A stretch of DNA of 64,000 nt from Alphaproteobacteria bacterium (GCA_015062435.1 SUUR01000006.1:258-64257), one strand, 5' to 3'. Positions 1 through 10,431 are shown, numbered from the stretch's first letter. The notes: generated by a model from the letters alone, not told the origin. Program-made: numbers and translations.

Positions 1-713
1 ATTTGTGTGGAGCAGTGGGTAGTTGTGATTTTAGTGACTACCCCTTAAGCTCATGCCCCACCGGCGGTAATTGCACCAATACCACTTGTGATGGTACGAC
101 AAAGTATAAGCTAAATAGTTGTAATTCCGGATACACCATGAGTGGAAATACTTGTACTGCCAACTGTAATTTCACCAACTATCCGCTTAGCTCATGCCCG
201 TCTAATGGTAATTGCTCTAATTACTCATGCGGAGGAACGACTAAATATAAACTTAACAGTTGTAAATCGGGATATACTCAGAGCGGAAATACTTGTATAT
301 ATAATGATCCTTGTGCTGGATATTATGAATGTGGCGGAAGTTGGCAATATTGTGAGGGATATACTTGTTCTGCTGATTCAGATATGTGTTCTGAATATTG
401 TGTAGGAGATTACTTCCCATATGACTGTGATAGTGAATATGACTGCGATGATGTAGGTGGCGTATATCGCAACGGATACTGTTCTGAGATGTGTGATGGT
501 GGCAATGATTATTCATCTATATGTATTGATATAAGCTCTTGTGATAATGCTTACTATGATTACGATTATGAATGTTATACAGGTTGTTGTGACGAGTATA
601 TGGATTACGGATGTGATGATCTCCAATGCGCAGGTCTACTTGGCACATGGATTCAAGAATGTACTGGTAATTCTATGTGTGGTGCAGGTTTTCCATTTTT
701 AGAGTGCCCATAA
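1..713 (+). CDS. Cys-rich modular protein, 5' end outside the window
   Basis: Open frame from the window edge to TAA at 711-713. Two copies of the module CDFxxYPLxxCPxxGNCxxxxCxGTTKYKLNSCxSGYxxSGNxC, then an acidic Cys/Tyr/Asp-rich tail. The same module occurs in the ORFs at 23817, 24594 and 25595. Confidence 0.85.
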   Translation, partial: LCGAVGSCDFSDYPLSSCPTGGNCTNTTCDGTTKYKLNSCNSGYTMSGNTCTANCNFTNYPLSSCPSNGNCSNYSCGGTTKYKLNSCKSGYTQSGNTCIYNDPCAGYYECGGSWQYCEGYTCSADSDMCSEYCVGDYFPYDCDSEYDCDDVGGVYRNGYCSEMCDGGNDYSSICIDISSCDNAYYDYDYECYTGCCDEYMDYGCDDLQCAGLLGTWIQECTGNSMCGAGFPFLECP

Positions 714-880
714 CATGTTTATAAATTAAAAATTTACTAGCATATATTTGCAAGCTGAAGAATGTGGTAGCAGTGGTAGTAGTGATAGTTGTTCCGGATA
801 CTATGAATGTGGTGGAGGTTGGCAATATTGTGAGGGATATACTTGTTCTGCTGATTCAGATATGTGTTCTGAATATTGTG
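340..880 (+). repeat. 63-bp perfect direct repeat (340-402 and 818-880)
   Basis: gttggcaatattgtgagggatatacttgttctgctgattcagatatgtgttctgaatattgtg occurs twice, offset 478 bp. Looser similarity extends about 25 bp further 5'. Confidence 0.95.
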
Positions 881-954
881 AAGATGAATCTATTCCAATT
901 AGTTGTATCGCCGGTAATGATCCTTGTATATGTAGTGAAGGTTTCCCGTTTTAA
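730..954 (+). pseudogene. Start-less alternative C-terminal cassette or fragment of the upstream Cys-rich gene
   Basis: Frame is open from 730 (after TAA 727-729) with no ATG before the shared block and no RBS; the ORF track starts it at TTG 748. It encodes GYYECGGGWQYCEGYTCSADSDMCSEYC, nearly identical to the upstream gene, then a different tail that also ends in GFPF. Confidence 0.6.
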
Positions 955-966
955 TTACGCTGAAGA

Positions 967-1008
967 AAATCCCCTGCTTAAGTGTTTTGAGCAGGGGATT
1001 TAGTTTTT
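967..1008. terminator. Bidirectional intrinsic terminator
   Basis: aaatcccctgcttaa ... ttgagcaggggattt hairpin between convergent genes, with A- and T-rich flanks. Confidence 0.8.
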
Positions 1009-2687
1009 TATCTGGTTAGAGATTTGTATCTGGTACGGTGAGGGCGTGCAGCCTCTTCACCAAGACGGCGAACCTTGTCTTTTTCATAATCTTCAAAGTT
1101 ACCTTCAAACCATTCGACGTGACCATCATCTTCATAAGCCAAGATATGAGTGGCAAGACGGTCTAAAAACCATCTATCGTGTGAAGTTACCAAAACGCAA
1201 CCGGGATAGTTCATGATACCTTCTTCTAAAGAACGGAGCGTATCTACGTCTAAGTCATTGGTTGGTTCGTCAAGCATGATAACATTAGCGCCTTTTTTAA
1301 GCATTTTTGCCAGATGTACACGATTGCGCTCACCTCCAGAAAGTTGTCCGACTTTTTTCTGTTGATCTGAACCTTTGAAGTTAAATTGTCCGACGTAGGC
1401 ACGAGAAGGGACTTCTGCTTTTCCGAGTTTTATCATATCTAGACCATCTGATATTTCTTCCCATACATTTTTATTGGGGTTAAGTTCATCTCTAGATTGA
1501 TCGACGTATCCTAAATCTACGCTATCGCCAAGTCTGATTTCTCCGGAGTCTGGGGTTTCTTTGCCGGCAATCATTTTGAATAAGGTGGTTTTACCGGCAC
1601 CGTTAGGGCCGATAATGCCGACAATAGCTCCTTTGGGGATTTTGAATGAAAGATTGTCTATTAATACTCTGTCGCCATATGCTTTGCTAATGTTGGTAGC
1701 TTCAATAACTAAATCACCAAGTCGTTCAGTCATAGGGATATTGATATTGGCCGTAGAAATTTTATCTTTAGTTGATTGAGCCAATAGTTCATCATAAGCA
1801 TTGATACGAGCTTTGGATTTTGCTTGACGAGCTTTAGGATTTTTTTGGATCCATTCCAGCTCATTGGCTAAAACTTTTTGGCGTGCAGTTTCTTCTCTGG
1901 CTTCTTGCTCAAGTCGTTTTTGTTTTTGTTGAAGCCAAGAAGAATAATTGCCTTCATAAGGGATTCCTTGTCCTCTATCTAATTCAAGAATCCAACCGGT
2001 TACATTGTCTAAGAAGTAACGATCGTGAGTTACCATAACAACCGTTCCTTTATAGTCTTTGAGATGATTTTCTAACCAAGCAACAGATTCTGCGTCTAAG
2101 TGGTTGGTAGGTTCGTCCAGTAATAGCATATCCGGTTTGGAGAGGAGTAATCTGCATAGAGCTACTCGTCTGCGCTCGCCTCCGGAAAGTTTGGTGACAT
2201 CTGCCTCTGCCGGAGGACAACGCAAAGCATCCATAGCTATCTCGATTGTGCGTTCTAAGTCCCAACCATTGCAAGCGTCAATTTTTTCTTGCAGTTCTGC
2301 TTGTTCATTAATGAGGTTGTTCATCTCATCATCGGTGAGTTCTTCTCCAAAACGCATGGATACTTCCTCAAATCTTTTGAGTAAATCTCGGGTTTCTGCT
2401 AAGCCGTCCATAATGTTTTCCATAACATTTTTAGAGGAATCTAATTGTGGCTCTTGTTCAAGGTATCCAACTTTTATTCCCTCTGCAGCCCATGCTTCAC
2501 CATTAAACTCTTTATCTACTCCTGCCATGATTTTTAATAGAGTTGATTTTCCGGCTCCGTTTACACCCAAAACACCAATCTTGGCTCCGGGTAAAAAGGA
2601 TAAAGTGATACCTTTGAAGAGCTCTTTGCCTCCGGGAAATACTTTGGTTAAATTTTGCATAACAAAAACATATTGGACTGCAGCCAT
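1008..2687 (-). CDS. ettA: Energy-dependent translational throttle protein EttA (ABC-F)
   Basis: 559 aa. [21 protein letters not shown], two ABC domains with LSGGE signatures, [22 protein letters not shown] (aggag) upstream. Confidence 0.95.
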   Translation of the reverse strand: MAAVQYVFVMQNLTKVFPGGKELFKGITLSFLPGAKIGVLGVNGAGKSTLLKIMAGVDKEFNGEAWAAEGIKVGYLEQEPQLDSSKNVMENIMDGLAETRDLLKRFEEVSMRFGEELTDDEMNNLINEQAELQEKIDACNGWDLERTIEIAMDALRCPPAEADVTKLSGGERRRVALCRLLLSKPDMLLLDEPTNHLDAESVAWLENHLKDYKGTVVMVTHDRYFLDNVTGWILELDRGQGIPYEGNYSSWLQQKQKRLEQEAREETARQKVLANELEWIQKNPKARQAKSKARINAYDELLAQSTKDKISTANINIPMTERLGDLVIEATNISKAYGDRVLIDNLSFKIPKGAIVGIIGPNGAGKTTLFKMIAGKETPDSGEIRLGDSVDLGYVDQSRDELNPNKNVWEEISDGLDMIKLGKAEVPSRAYVGQFNFKGSDQQKKVGQLSGGERNRVHLAKMLKKGANVIMLDEPTNDLDVDTLRSLEEGIMNYPGCVLVTSHDRWFLDRLATHILAYEDDGHVEWFEGNFEDYEKDKVRRLGEEAARPHRTRYKSLTR

Positions 2688-2750
2688 TTTAATCTCCTTT
2701 TAAATAACTTTGGATTTGACTATACAGATTAAAAAAGAAAAAGCAACTTA

Positions 2751-3269
2751 TTAATTATGGCGATTTGTATTGGCAATATTTTCATCTACAACATTAACTT
2801 GCAGAATTTGGGCTTTTTTACTGCCATATATGGTTTGAGCTGCTTCTCGATCTCCGAAATCTTTGTAAATGCGTTTGGCATCATAGGGGATACGAGGAGT
2901 GAGGATTTGTCCGTCTGGCATTTTAATGGTGCCATCAGCATATAAGGTGGCTTTAAAAATCTCTTGATTGTCAAAACGGCGGATAATTTCTGAACAGCCA
3001 TAAAATCCATCAAGCTCTTTAGACATATAAGCATTGGCTTTTTCTTCAGAGTATGCATAGATTGCTTTGTTTTGTAGTATATCACTGGGAGATTTGGTGA
3101 GAAGAATGGCTCTTGCCAAAAGCTCAAAGTCATCATATTTGGTGGAACCGCAAGCGAGTCCCTGACCGGAAATTGCTCCAAGTGCTTTTACTTCTTCTAT
3201 GTAGGGCATTTGAGCGTTAGCTTGATTGATGCTTATAAGTAAAGCTAAAAATAATATCAAAAATCTCAC
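2751..3269 (-). CDS. Hypothetical secreted protein
   Basis: 172 aa. GTG start with ggag RBS. Signal peptide ending ANA-Q. Confidence 0.75.
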   Translation of the reverse strand: MRFLILFLALLISINQANAQMPYIEEVKALGAISGQGLACGSTKYDDFELLARAILLTKSPSDILQNKAIYAYSEEKANAYMSKELDGFYGCSEIIRRFDNQEIFKATLYADGTIKMPDGQILTPRIPYDAKRIYKDFGDREAAQTIYGSKKAQILQVNVVDENIANTNRHN

Positions 3270-3373
3270 AGCTCAATTCTCCTTATCTTTATAAAAACAA
3301 AGGTATTATAATATTTAGGCCAAAAAAATCAAAAATAAATGTGCATTTTCACCAAAAAATTTGAAAAATTAAG

Positions 3374-3402
3374 TTGACAAACTTTGTTAAATAGCATAAG
3401 TT
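3374..3402 (+). promoter_or_regulatory. Sigma70-type promoter of rpmJ
   Basis: TTGACA-17 bp-TAAGTT. Confidence 0.55.
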
Positions 3403-3435
3403 GCGGTTAACTTGTGATATTTAAGGATAATAACA

Positions 3436-3561
3436 ATGAAAATTTATAGCTCTTTGAAAAGCAAAAAAGTACGTGACAAAGACTGCAAAGTTGTTCGTCG
3501 TAAAGGTCGTGTGTACGTAATTAATAAAAAGAATCCTAAGCTCAAAGCTCGTCAGGGTTAA
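3436..3561 (+). CDS. rpmJ: 50S ribosomal protein L36, Zn-free type B (not in the ORF track)
   Basis: Manual translation: [41 protein letters not shown] (41 aa). RBS aagga upstream. Confidence 0.97.
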   Translation: MKIYSSLKSKKVRDKDCKVVRRKGRVYVINKKNPKLKARQG

Positions 3562-3580
3562 GTTTGATTACTTATAAGTT

Positions 3581-3613
3581 AAAAAAAACTCGCTGTATTT
3601 AAGCGAGTTTTTT
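3581..3613. terminator. Intrinsic terminator after rpmJ
   Basis: aaaaaactcgc-tgtatttaa-gcgagtttttt. Confidence 0.85.
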
Positions 3614-3699
3614 GTTATTATTCACATTTATATTTCCTGTGTTCTGAGATAACATAGGTTTTACGATGTTTTAATCAAATATCGAGATAGATTGACGAA

Positions 3700-4251
3700 T
3701 TATAACATTAAGAAAATACTTAAGAATATAAAACCATAAATGATAATACCACTGATGTACATACGGGCAATTCTGAAATCAGCTCCTGACGGAATAGAAT
3801 TTTCAATAATGATGGTTTGTAGTAGTATATATAAAACATAATTAACAAAAGTGGCCGGCATATGTGGTAAAAAGTAACGATTGAGGTAAAATCCTATCGG
3901 AAGTAATAAAAGAGGGGCTAAAGATGCCGGTATGGCATTGTAAAAGGTGATGTTTCTGAAGCCAACACTTCCCATTACATAATTACCATCATCTCCTCTT
4001 TTGGGCCAAATTGTAAAATTGCATGGGCGAGCATTTAGTAGCATTCCTATAAAAAAGTGTAGGAATTCGTGTAAGATGGTTCCGGGTATATTAACTAAGG
4101 CACTAAGCCACATTGAATGATATGTTTTGTATTTGATGCGCATCAAAATAATCACAACCAGTATCAGATAAAAACGGTTATCAAAAAAATTTCTTAAAAA
4201 TGAAGGGTCATTTAGTGTCATAAAAATTTTTAACAGAGCATCTTTAATCAT
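3700..4251 (-). CDS. Membrane protein, putative M50-like metalloprotease
   Basis: PGTILHEFLH (HExxH) inside a hydrophobic segment, SLAPLLL, and a PSxxDF motif near the C-terminus. Confidence 0.65.
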   Translation of the reverse strand: MIKDALLKIFMTLNDPSFLRNFFDNRFYLILVVIILMRIKYKTYHSMWLSALVNIPGTILHEFLHFFIGMLLNARPCNFTIWPKRGDDGNYVMGSVGFRNITFYNAIPASLAPLLLLPIGFYLNRYFLPHMPATFVNYVLYILLQTIIIENSIPSGADFRIARMYISGIIIYGFIFLSIFLML

Positions 4252-4886
4252 GATTTGTTCTTCTTTAAGCTTGATAAACCTGCCAAATAGGTATTAACTA
4301 AAAGTTTGCAAAGATTGTTGCGTTTAATTTTGCGGAGAGTGGTATTTTTTCCGGCGGCTACAAAACCGCTAAGTGAAAAAGTTGCTAATCCTAAGACCTG
4401 AACGGTGACTTGTCTTTCGGCATGAGTCAGATTGCCAAACATTTTTACTAATTGATATTCAAGCATTTGTTCAAACTTGAAAATCATTTTACGATAATTT
4501 TTATCAAGTTGTGTTTGAGTTTGAGACAGAAGATCTTGATATAGTAATAGCCAAAGATTGGGGTTGGCGGTTACAAATCCGGTAAAGACATCAGCATAAC
4601 GATTGAGATTAATATAAGGGTTATCTTCTTTGATAATTGTATTAAGCTCGTTATAAATAAGCTCCAAAGTTTGGAGATTTATTTCTGTGATAAAATTGTC
4701 CATTGTTCCAAAAGTATTATATATCAGCCCAATGGAAGTGTTTGATGCTTGTGATAATTTGCGAGCGGTTAAATAATCCGGACCTTTTTCTACAACTAAT
4801 CGGCGTCCGATTTTGATTAATGATTGGCGAACTTGATCTCGTACAAAGTTTTTGAGACGAAGATTTTTGTCAGCTGATTCTATCAT
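4248..4886 (-). CDS. TetR/AcrR-family transcriptional regulator
   Basis: N-terminal HTH LTARKLSQASNTSIGLIYNTFGTMDNF; C-terminal domain resembles the WHG type. Confidence 0.8.
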   Translation of the reverse strand: MIESADKNLRLKNFVRDQVRQSLIKIGRRLVVEKGPDYLTARKLSQASNTSIGLIYNTFGTMDNFITEINLQTLELIYNELNTIIKEDNPYINLNRYADVFTGFVTANPNLWLLLYQDLLSQTQTQLDKNYRKMIFKFEQMLEYQLVKMFGNLTHAERQVTVQVLGLATFSLSGFVAAGKNTTLRKIKRNNLCKLLVNTYLAGLSSLKKNKS

Positions 4887-5002
4887 TGTTTATTATCCAA
4901 AAAAACTTATATATTTAATAAAATATTTGCAATTATATTTATACAATAAACAAAAGTTGTGCAGTGTTCAATTTAATTTTTTAAAAACGTGAGGATTTTG
5001 GG

Positions 5003-5833
5003 ATGAAAAATATTGTTTTGCTTCTTTTGGTTGTATTGGTATCGGGGACAAATGTGTTTGCTCAAGAAACAACCATAACACAAGATTTTTTGTTGGATCC
5101 TAACGTTATTGCAAGCGTGGAACCTAAAGAAGATGCTGTGCGCAATGCAGAAGAAAGTGCAAGACAATTGTTGGAGCAAAAGCCTAGAGAGTGGCGAAAG
5201 CGAAATTTTCCAAATGTTAGAAAAATGTCAACGATGAGTACTTCTCCTAAACAAATTCAAAAAAATCAGATTGCTCCGTTTGGTTTGATTTGGAAAGCAA
5301 GTATAAATGCAACTAAAAATCAGGGAATTATTTTAACTAAAATCGAAGAAAAAGATTATCCTAACAGTTTTTCTGCAACAAACTTACCAAAAGAAATAGA
5401 TGATTTTTCTCAGGTAGATGTCAGTTTTGGAGAAGATGATATGTTGTGGAGAGTAATTGCATATGGAAAATTGCTTGATGATGATGCTTCAGCAACCAAA
5501 GTTTTGCGTTTGTATAATATTTATTCTGCTTTGTTAACTACAAAATACGGTAATAAACAAGAATTTTTTACTCCGGCACAAATTGAGGTTAAAGTAAAAA
5601 ATGATAGTGGACGAGAAACTACTGTTATGGAAAATGCTCCAATCGGAAATCCTCAATTTTTAAGCCAACTGCAAAGTGGGAGTGCTGTGTTGTATTCTAC
5701 ATATAATAATAGTGAAGTTGGAGCTGCATTGGCTATAAATGTTGACGGAGACGGAAAAAGTTATATAGTACTTGATTATAAAAATTTGGCTTTATTGCGA
5801 AGCAAAGAGAAAAGAACTCTTGATGCTTTGTAA
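5003..5833 (+). CDS. Hypothetical secreted protein
   Basis: 276 aa. Signal peptide ending VFA-Q. RBS gagga. Confidence 0.75.
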   Translation: MKNIVLLLLVVLVSGTNVFAQETTITQDFLLDPNVIASVEPKEDAVRNAEESARQLLEQKPREWRKRNFPNVRKMSTMSTSPKQIQKNQIAPFGLIWKASINATKNQGIILTKIEEKDYPNSFSATNLPKEIDDFSQVDVSFGEDDMLWRVIAYGKLLDDDASATKVLRLYNIYSALLTTKYGNKQEFFTPAQIEVKVKNDSGRETTVMENAPIGNPQFLSQLQSGSAVLYSTYNNSEVGAALAINVDGDGKSYIVLDYKNLALLRSKEKRTLDAL

Positions 5834-5858
5834 ATGTATTTGATTAAGGATTGAATCT

Positions 5859-7220
5859 ATGACGAAAATTGCATTTTGTGGAGCTGCCGGAAACGGAATT
5901 AGCCCTTTGGAACAAATAATGATAAAAAAGGGATATGAAGTATATGGTTCGGATAGAAGCTTTGATGAAGGTAAAGATGAAAGTCGAAAGCAGGCACTTC
6001 AAGCTGTGGGGTTGAAAATTATGCCACAAGACGGTTCCGGTATTACAAAAGATGTTAGTTGTGTATATGCTTCTGCTGCTTTGGATAATGCCAATCCAGA
6101 TATAAAAAAAGCGAATGAATTAGGGATTCCGGTGAAAAGCAGATCTGATTTGTTATGTGAGATTTTTTCTGAGTATAAAAAAGGAATCGCAGTTGGTGGT
6201 ACTGCCGGAAAAACAACTACAACCGCTATGATTGCATATATTTTAGATGTGTTAGGACAAAAACCTACAATGATTAATGGCGGAATGTTGTGTAATTATG
6301 AAAATATGCCGGGGTTGCCAAACTATCTTTATAATGATGGAGAATATTGTGTTATTGAAGCTGATGAAAGTGATGGATCTATCAGAAAATATAAACCATA
6401 TATCGGATTGGTAAATAATATTTCTCATGATCATACAAGTATCGAAAAATTGGTGGAATATTTTTCAACGTTCGCAAATAACATCAGTGGTGCTTTGGTT
6501 GTGAATTATGATTGTCCGTTAGCAAGAAACTTAAAATCAGAGGCTAAGATATTTTCTTATTCAATAGGTGATAATAATGCTGATTTGACAGCTACTAATG
6601 TTTGTGCTGTTGATAACGGAATAGAATATCAGATTGAAAATAAGAAATTTAAGTTAAATCTTATCGGAAAGTTTAATGTTTCTAATGCTTTAGCAGCTAT
6701 TTCCGCATGTATGATAGCGGGAATTGATAAGTTTGAAGCTGCAAAAGCTTTGGAAAATTTTCGGGGAATTAAAGTCAGATTGGAAAAAATAGGAACATCA
6801 AAAGGGGTGACAGTTTATAATGATTTTGCTCATAATCCCAGCAAAATTGAGGCGTCTCTTTTAGCATTAAAGGATTATCCGGGTAGAATTATTGCAATGT
6901 ATCAACCTCATACACCTTATTCGGCGGTGAATACCGGTGACGAAGTAGCAGCTGCCGTGGCAAAAGTTTTGGCTCCGGAAGATGTGATGATTATGCAAGA
7001 AATTTATGAGCTTACACCACAAGATGTGGGGATATCTTCTGCAAATATAATTAAACAAATACAGAATAATGGGCATAAAAATGCACTGTTTTTGCCATTT
7101 AAGAGTGATACCAGAAAATTTGTGTTAGAAAATGTAAAATCAGGTGACAGGATCGTTATTATGGGGGCTCATGATAATTCTTTGGCTGATTTTAGTCGAG
7201 AATTACTCGAGGCGATATAA
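5859..7220 (+). CDS. Mur ligase, MurC/Mpl-like
   Basis: GAAGNGISPL, GSD, P-loop AVGGTAGKTTTT, EADESDGS, DH and NDFAHNP motifs. Confidence 0.85.
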   Translation: MTKIAFCGAAGNGISPLEQIMIKKGYEVYGSDRSFDEGKDESRKQALQAVGLKIMPQDGSGITKDVSCVYASAALDNANPDIKKANELGIPVKSRSDLLCEIFSEYKKGIAVGGTAGKTTTTAMIAYILDVLGQKPTMINGGMLCNYENMPGLPNYLYNDGEYCVIEADESDGSIRKYKPYIGLVNNISHDHTSIEKLVEYFSTFANNISGALVVNYDCPLARNLKSEAKIFSYSIGDNNADLTATNVCAVDNGIEYQIENKKFKLNLIGKFNVSNALAAISACMIAGIDKFEAAKALENFRGIKVRLEKIGTSKGVTVYNDFAHNPSKIEASLLALKDYPGRIIAMYQPHTPYSAVNTGDEVAAAVAKVLAPEDVMIMQEIYELTPQDVGISSANIIKQIQNNGHKNALFLPFKSDTRKFVLENVKSGDRIVIMGAHDNSLADFSRELLEAI

Positions 7221-7242
7221 GTATTTGTGATAATATAAGAGA

Positions 7243-7276
7243 AGAGAGAGTAAATATTTACTCTCTCTCTTTTTTG
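7243..7276 (+). terminator. Intrinsic terminator
   Basis: agagagagtaaat-atttactctctct palindrome followed by a T-run. Confidence 0.75.
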
Positions 7277-7452
7277 ACCTTCTGAAAAACAAATGAAATT
7301 ATAATTCTTTTGTTAATCTTTTATTGAAGGAGCCTTTGATTATTCACTCTTATTTAGCAAAAGAAATATAATTTCAAATTACTAACATCGTGAATAATAA
7401 AGATATGGTATTAAATATTGGAATTTAAATATCATATAAACTAATTATCTAC

Positions 7453-7484
7453 AAAAATCCCCTCACCTGTTGATGGTGAGGGGA
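7453..7484 (-). terminator. Terminator of the hydrogenase operon
   Basis: tcccctcacc-tgttgat-ggtgagggga stem with an A5 run on its left (U-tract on the minus strand). Confidence 0.75.
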
Positions 7485-7489
7485 AGATT

Positions 7490-8950
7490 TTAACCAATTT
7501 TTGTTTCCGGCGTGAGTTGAGCTCCTTCTTTGGAGTATGCATCAACAGCACGAGCTGCTTTTTTGGATAAAGCAATACAACCGGGTCCGGATACACAACC
7601 GCCTTCACAACACATAACTTCAATCATGTTGTTTTCACAGCCTTTGGTGGCGTAGCGTTTGAGTAGTTTGATGTTTTCTTTGGTTAAGCCGTCAATTTTT
7701 TCAGGACGGAAGTCAACTTTATTTTGAACCATATCTGCAACAGCACCGGCTACTCCTCCGCTAATGGGGAAAATACGTCCTTGAGCATGGGAGATTTTTC
7801 CAAAAGGCACTTCTTCACATTCATCAACATTGATATGTGATGCTACCAACATTGCTCCAATTTCTTCAAAAGTAAGAACATAGTCAACATTGGGATCGGA
7901 TTCTGCTTCTGCTCGTTTGGCCAAGCATGGACCTACAAATACAGCTATGCAATCCGGCATTTCTTTTTTCATCAATTCTGCTGTATAGTACATCGGAGTT
8001 TTAGTATCTGATACATAAGGGCGAATCTCAGGAATGTGTACCTGAGCGGCTTTGAAATATGCCGGACAGCAAGATGTGGTCATGAATTTTTGGCCTTCTT
8101 CCATGCGTTCGATAAATTCGGCAGATTCTTTTTGCGTGGTGATGTCTGCGCCAACAGCTACTTCAATGACTTCAGCAAAGCCAAATTTCTTTAAGGCTCC
8201 GGCTAAGTTGTTTAAGGAACCGGGAAATTGTCCTGCAATTGCTGGTGCAAGCATGGCAACAACTTTTTTATCGGTTTCTTTTATTTTACGCATAACATCG
8301 ATCATCTGAGAGCGTTCTACAATAGCTCCGAAAGGGCAAGATGCTAAGCATTTTCCGCATGAAATGCATTTTTCGGTATCAATGTGTTCTTTGCCAAATT
8401 CATCTTTGCTAATGGCTCCTACCGGACAAGCTTCTTCGCATGGAACCGGAATTTTTACTACTGAATGATAAGGGCAAACTTCATAGCACTTGCCACAGTT
8501 TACGCATAAGTCAGGATCAATACGAGCTCTGCCGTTTACGATGCTGATTGCTTGTTTGGGACAATTAAGACGGCATGGTTGAGCAAAACAACCTCTGCAT
8601 ACATCGGTAATTACATATTGAGATTTTACGCAAGCAGAGCATGCAATATCAATTACAGATAGTTTGTTTTTGGGTGCGTTTTCCCTTTGGAGAGCTTGTT
8701 CTCCGTATTCTTTAAGTGAAGTCAGCTCATCAGTTTCTTCTTCAGGACAGTGTCCTAAACCTGCCATACATCTGTATTTTAATACAGCACGGTCTTTATA
8801 TATGCAACAACGACTGGCTTCTCCATCTTTAGGACGTAAATTTAGAGGGATTCTGTCGGCATCAGCGAATTTGTTTTCAAGATAACTTTCTGCTAACTCA
8901 ATAAGAATTTTGGTTCTCATCAGGTTGGCATTGTTCTTAGGTATTAGCAT
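7490..8950 (-). CDS. Monomeric [FeFe]-hydrogenase, group B-like (HfsD position)
   Basis: H-cluster motifs TSCCPAY, GPCLAKRAE and EVMCCEGGCVSGPG; several CxxCxxCxxxCP ferredoxin motifs. ATG 8950 preferred; the track uses TTG 8968. Confidence 0.9.
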   Translation of the reverse strand: MLIPKNNANLMRTKILIELAESYLENKFADADRIPLNLRPKDGEASRCCIYKDRAVLKYRCMAGLGHCPEEETDELTSLKEYGEQALQRENAPKNKLSVIDIACSACVKSQYVITDVCRGCFAQPCRLNCPKQAISIVNGRARIDPDLCVNCGKCYEVCPYHSVVKIPVPCEEACPVGAISKDEFGKEHIDTEKCISCGKCLASCPFGAIVERSQMIDVMRKIKETDKKVVAMLAPAIAGQFPGSLNNLAGALKKFGFAEVIEVAVGADITTQKESAEFIERMEEGQKFMTTSCCPAYFKAAQVHIPEIRPYVSDTKTPMYYTAELMKKEMPDCIAVFVGPCLAKRAEAESDPNVDYVLTFEEIGAMLVASHINVDECEEVPFGKISHAQGRIFPISGGVAGAVADMVQNKVDFRPEKIDGLTKENIKLLKRYATKGCENNMIEVMCCEGGCVSGPGCIALSKKAARAVDAYSKEGAQLTPETKIG

Positions 8951-8977
8951 CTTTATTTTCTTCTCCAAGCTTATTTT

Positions 8978-9238
8978 TTATTCTTTTATTTGTTCTCTGA
9001 TTTTGGAAACTACTTTTTCGTAGCTGGCTTCTTCAATCAGTTCGTCGTTTACATATACAAAAGGACCACGGTTATGTTTGGAGGTGATATCTTTGCATAA
9101 GCCCATGCAACGCTCTTCGATAATTTCTATTTTATCTGCAATATCTGAAGGGGCGTTGAATTCTAATGATTGTATTTGAGCAGAACCCATTACAAAACAA
9201 GATGTTCCAACACAAATTCTTACTTTTACTTTTTCCAT
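8978..9238 (-). CDS. Thioredoxin-like [2Fe-2S] ferredoxin (NuoE-like)
   Basis: CVGTSC ... CMGLC ... GPFVYVN. Confidence 0.85.
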   Translation of the reverse strand: MEKVKVRICVGTSCFVMGSAQIQSLEFNAPSDIADKIEIIEERCMGLCKDITSKHNRGPFVYVNDELIEEASYEKVVSKIREQIKE

Positions 9239-9252
9239 AATATTGCTCCTTT

Positions 9253-10428
9253 TTAAATGTATCTGACACTAATTTCTTTTAAATATTTATCCTGCAAATT
9301 GCGGAATATCTTTTTGACGATGTTACGACGTATTTCCAATTCCATCGGTAAGTTAGGATCTTGGTGGGCTATATTGATTTTTGTGCCGACAACAAAATCT
9401 ATCTTGTCACTTTCCAACAGCATTTTGGTTAAACGGGTTGCACCATTGTTTTTGTCAGTATCAATGCCTTCTTTTAGCATACGATACACATCAGTCAAGG
9501 TTAAAATTCCTTCCGTGACCAAATCTACACCTTCCATAGTTGAACACATCGGAATTTTTAAATCAAATGAGGTTTTATCAATTTCACATTTGAGGCATAG
9601 TTCTCTTTCTACGATATTGGCCGTCGTTCCTCCGCAAATAACTGTTTTACCGTCATAATCGGCAACAAGATCTGCAAATTCTTTATCTCTTTTTTCTTCA
9701 AATGGCGGGCCAGTGAGAACCAGTAATTTACGAGGTCTTCTAAAGTATAAAACCACGCAACTTATATCATCTCCGGCTTTATGCTCAACTTCTTTGCTTA
9801 AGGCTTCTTTGACAATGGCATTGGCTAGATCGTGAGCGGAAATATGCGGGTTTTTACGAATTTGTTCAAGTGCAAAATTGAGGCATCCCTGACGTTGCCA
9901 ACCTAAAGGATAAAGCCGGTTTCCTAATCCGGCCTGACTGACACCATCGGAAATAAGGATTATTCGGTCTTCTTCCTGATTGGTCATTTGCGAAATATTG
10001 ATAGTGCGCTCTTTCCATTTTGCTGAGGAAATTTCTTTATATCTAACGTTGACCGGTTTGCCGTTACGAATAAGCATAAAGGGAGGATTGTCCATCTCAA
10101 ATATACGTGTTTTGCCGTTTAATTCTGTATCTATTACGGAAAAAGTAGCATAACTGATTTTACGTATTTGGCAAATGGGTAAAGCATCCATCATGATCTC
10201 TGATGAACGAGATAACTCCATGTTGCTTTCTACAAATTTCATGGCCATTCGTGTGGTCATGGAAGATAAGATGTTGGCTTTGACACCGCTTCCCAAACCA
10301 TCTGAGAGAATCGATATAATACGACGTTCTTCAGGTATTTTTTTTGAAAAAATGGTATCACCAAAACAGTCTTCTCCGTGTTTTTGGCATTGGGCACTAC
10401 CAATTTCAATAAATAGAGAATCGTTCAT
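9253..10428 (-). CDS. SpoIIE/PP2C-family Ser/Thr phosphatase (HfsC-like)
   Basis: GD, LSDGLGSGVKANILS, SDGV and GDDIS motifs; C-terminal CGGTTA ... VTEGILTL domain typical of hydrogenase-linked phosphatases. Confidence 0.9.
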   Translation of the reverse strand: MNDSLFIEIGSAQCQKHGEDCFGDTIFSKKIPEERRIISILSDGLGSGVKANILSSMTTRMAMKFVESNMELSRSSEIMMDALPICQIRKISYATFSVIDTELNGKTRIFEMDNPPFMLIRNGKPVNVRYKEISSAKWKERTINISQMTNQEEDRIILISDGVSQAGLGNRLYPLGWQRQGCLNFALEQIRKNPHISAHDLANAIVKEALSKEVEHKAGDDISCVVLYFRRPRKLLVLTGPPFEEKRDKEFADLVADYDGKTVICGGTTANIVERELCLKCEIDKTSFDLKIPMCSTMEGVDLVTEGILTLTDVYRMLKEGIDTDKNNGATRLTKMLLESDKIDFVVGTKINIAHQDPNLPMELEIRRNIVKKIFRNLQDKYLKEISVRYI

Positions 10429-10431
10429 AAG

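Noticed and set aside
300-900. Diversity-generating retroelement TR/VR pair
   Set aside because: Mismatches flanking the repeat are not adenine-specific (tat/tac, ggc/ggt), the core is identical, and there is no reverse transcriptase in the window.
2104-2703. Long antisense ORFs (also 56664-57302, 38303-38710, 13908-14342 and many 60-140 aa ORFs)
   Set aside because: They lie opposite or out of frame within well-supported genes and look like codon-bias shadows.
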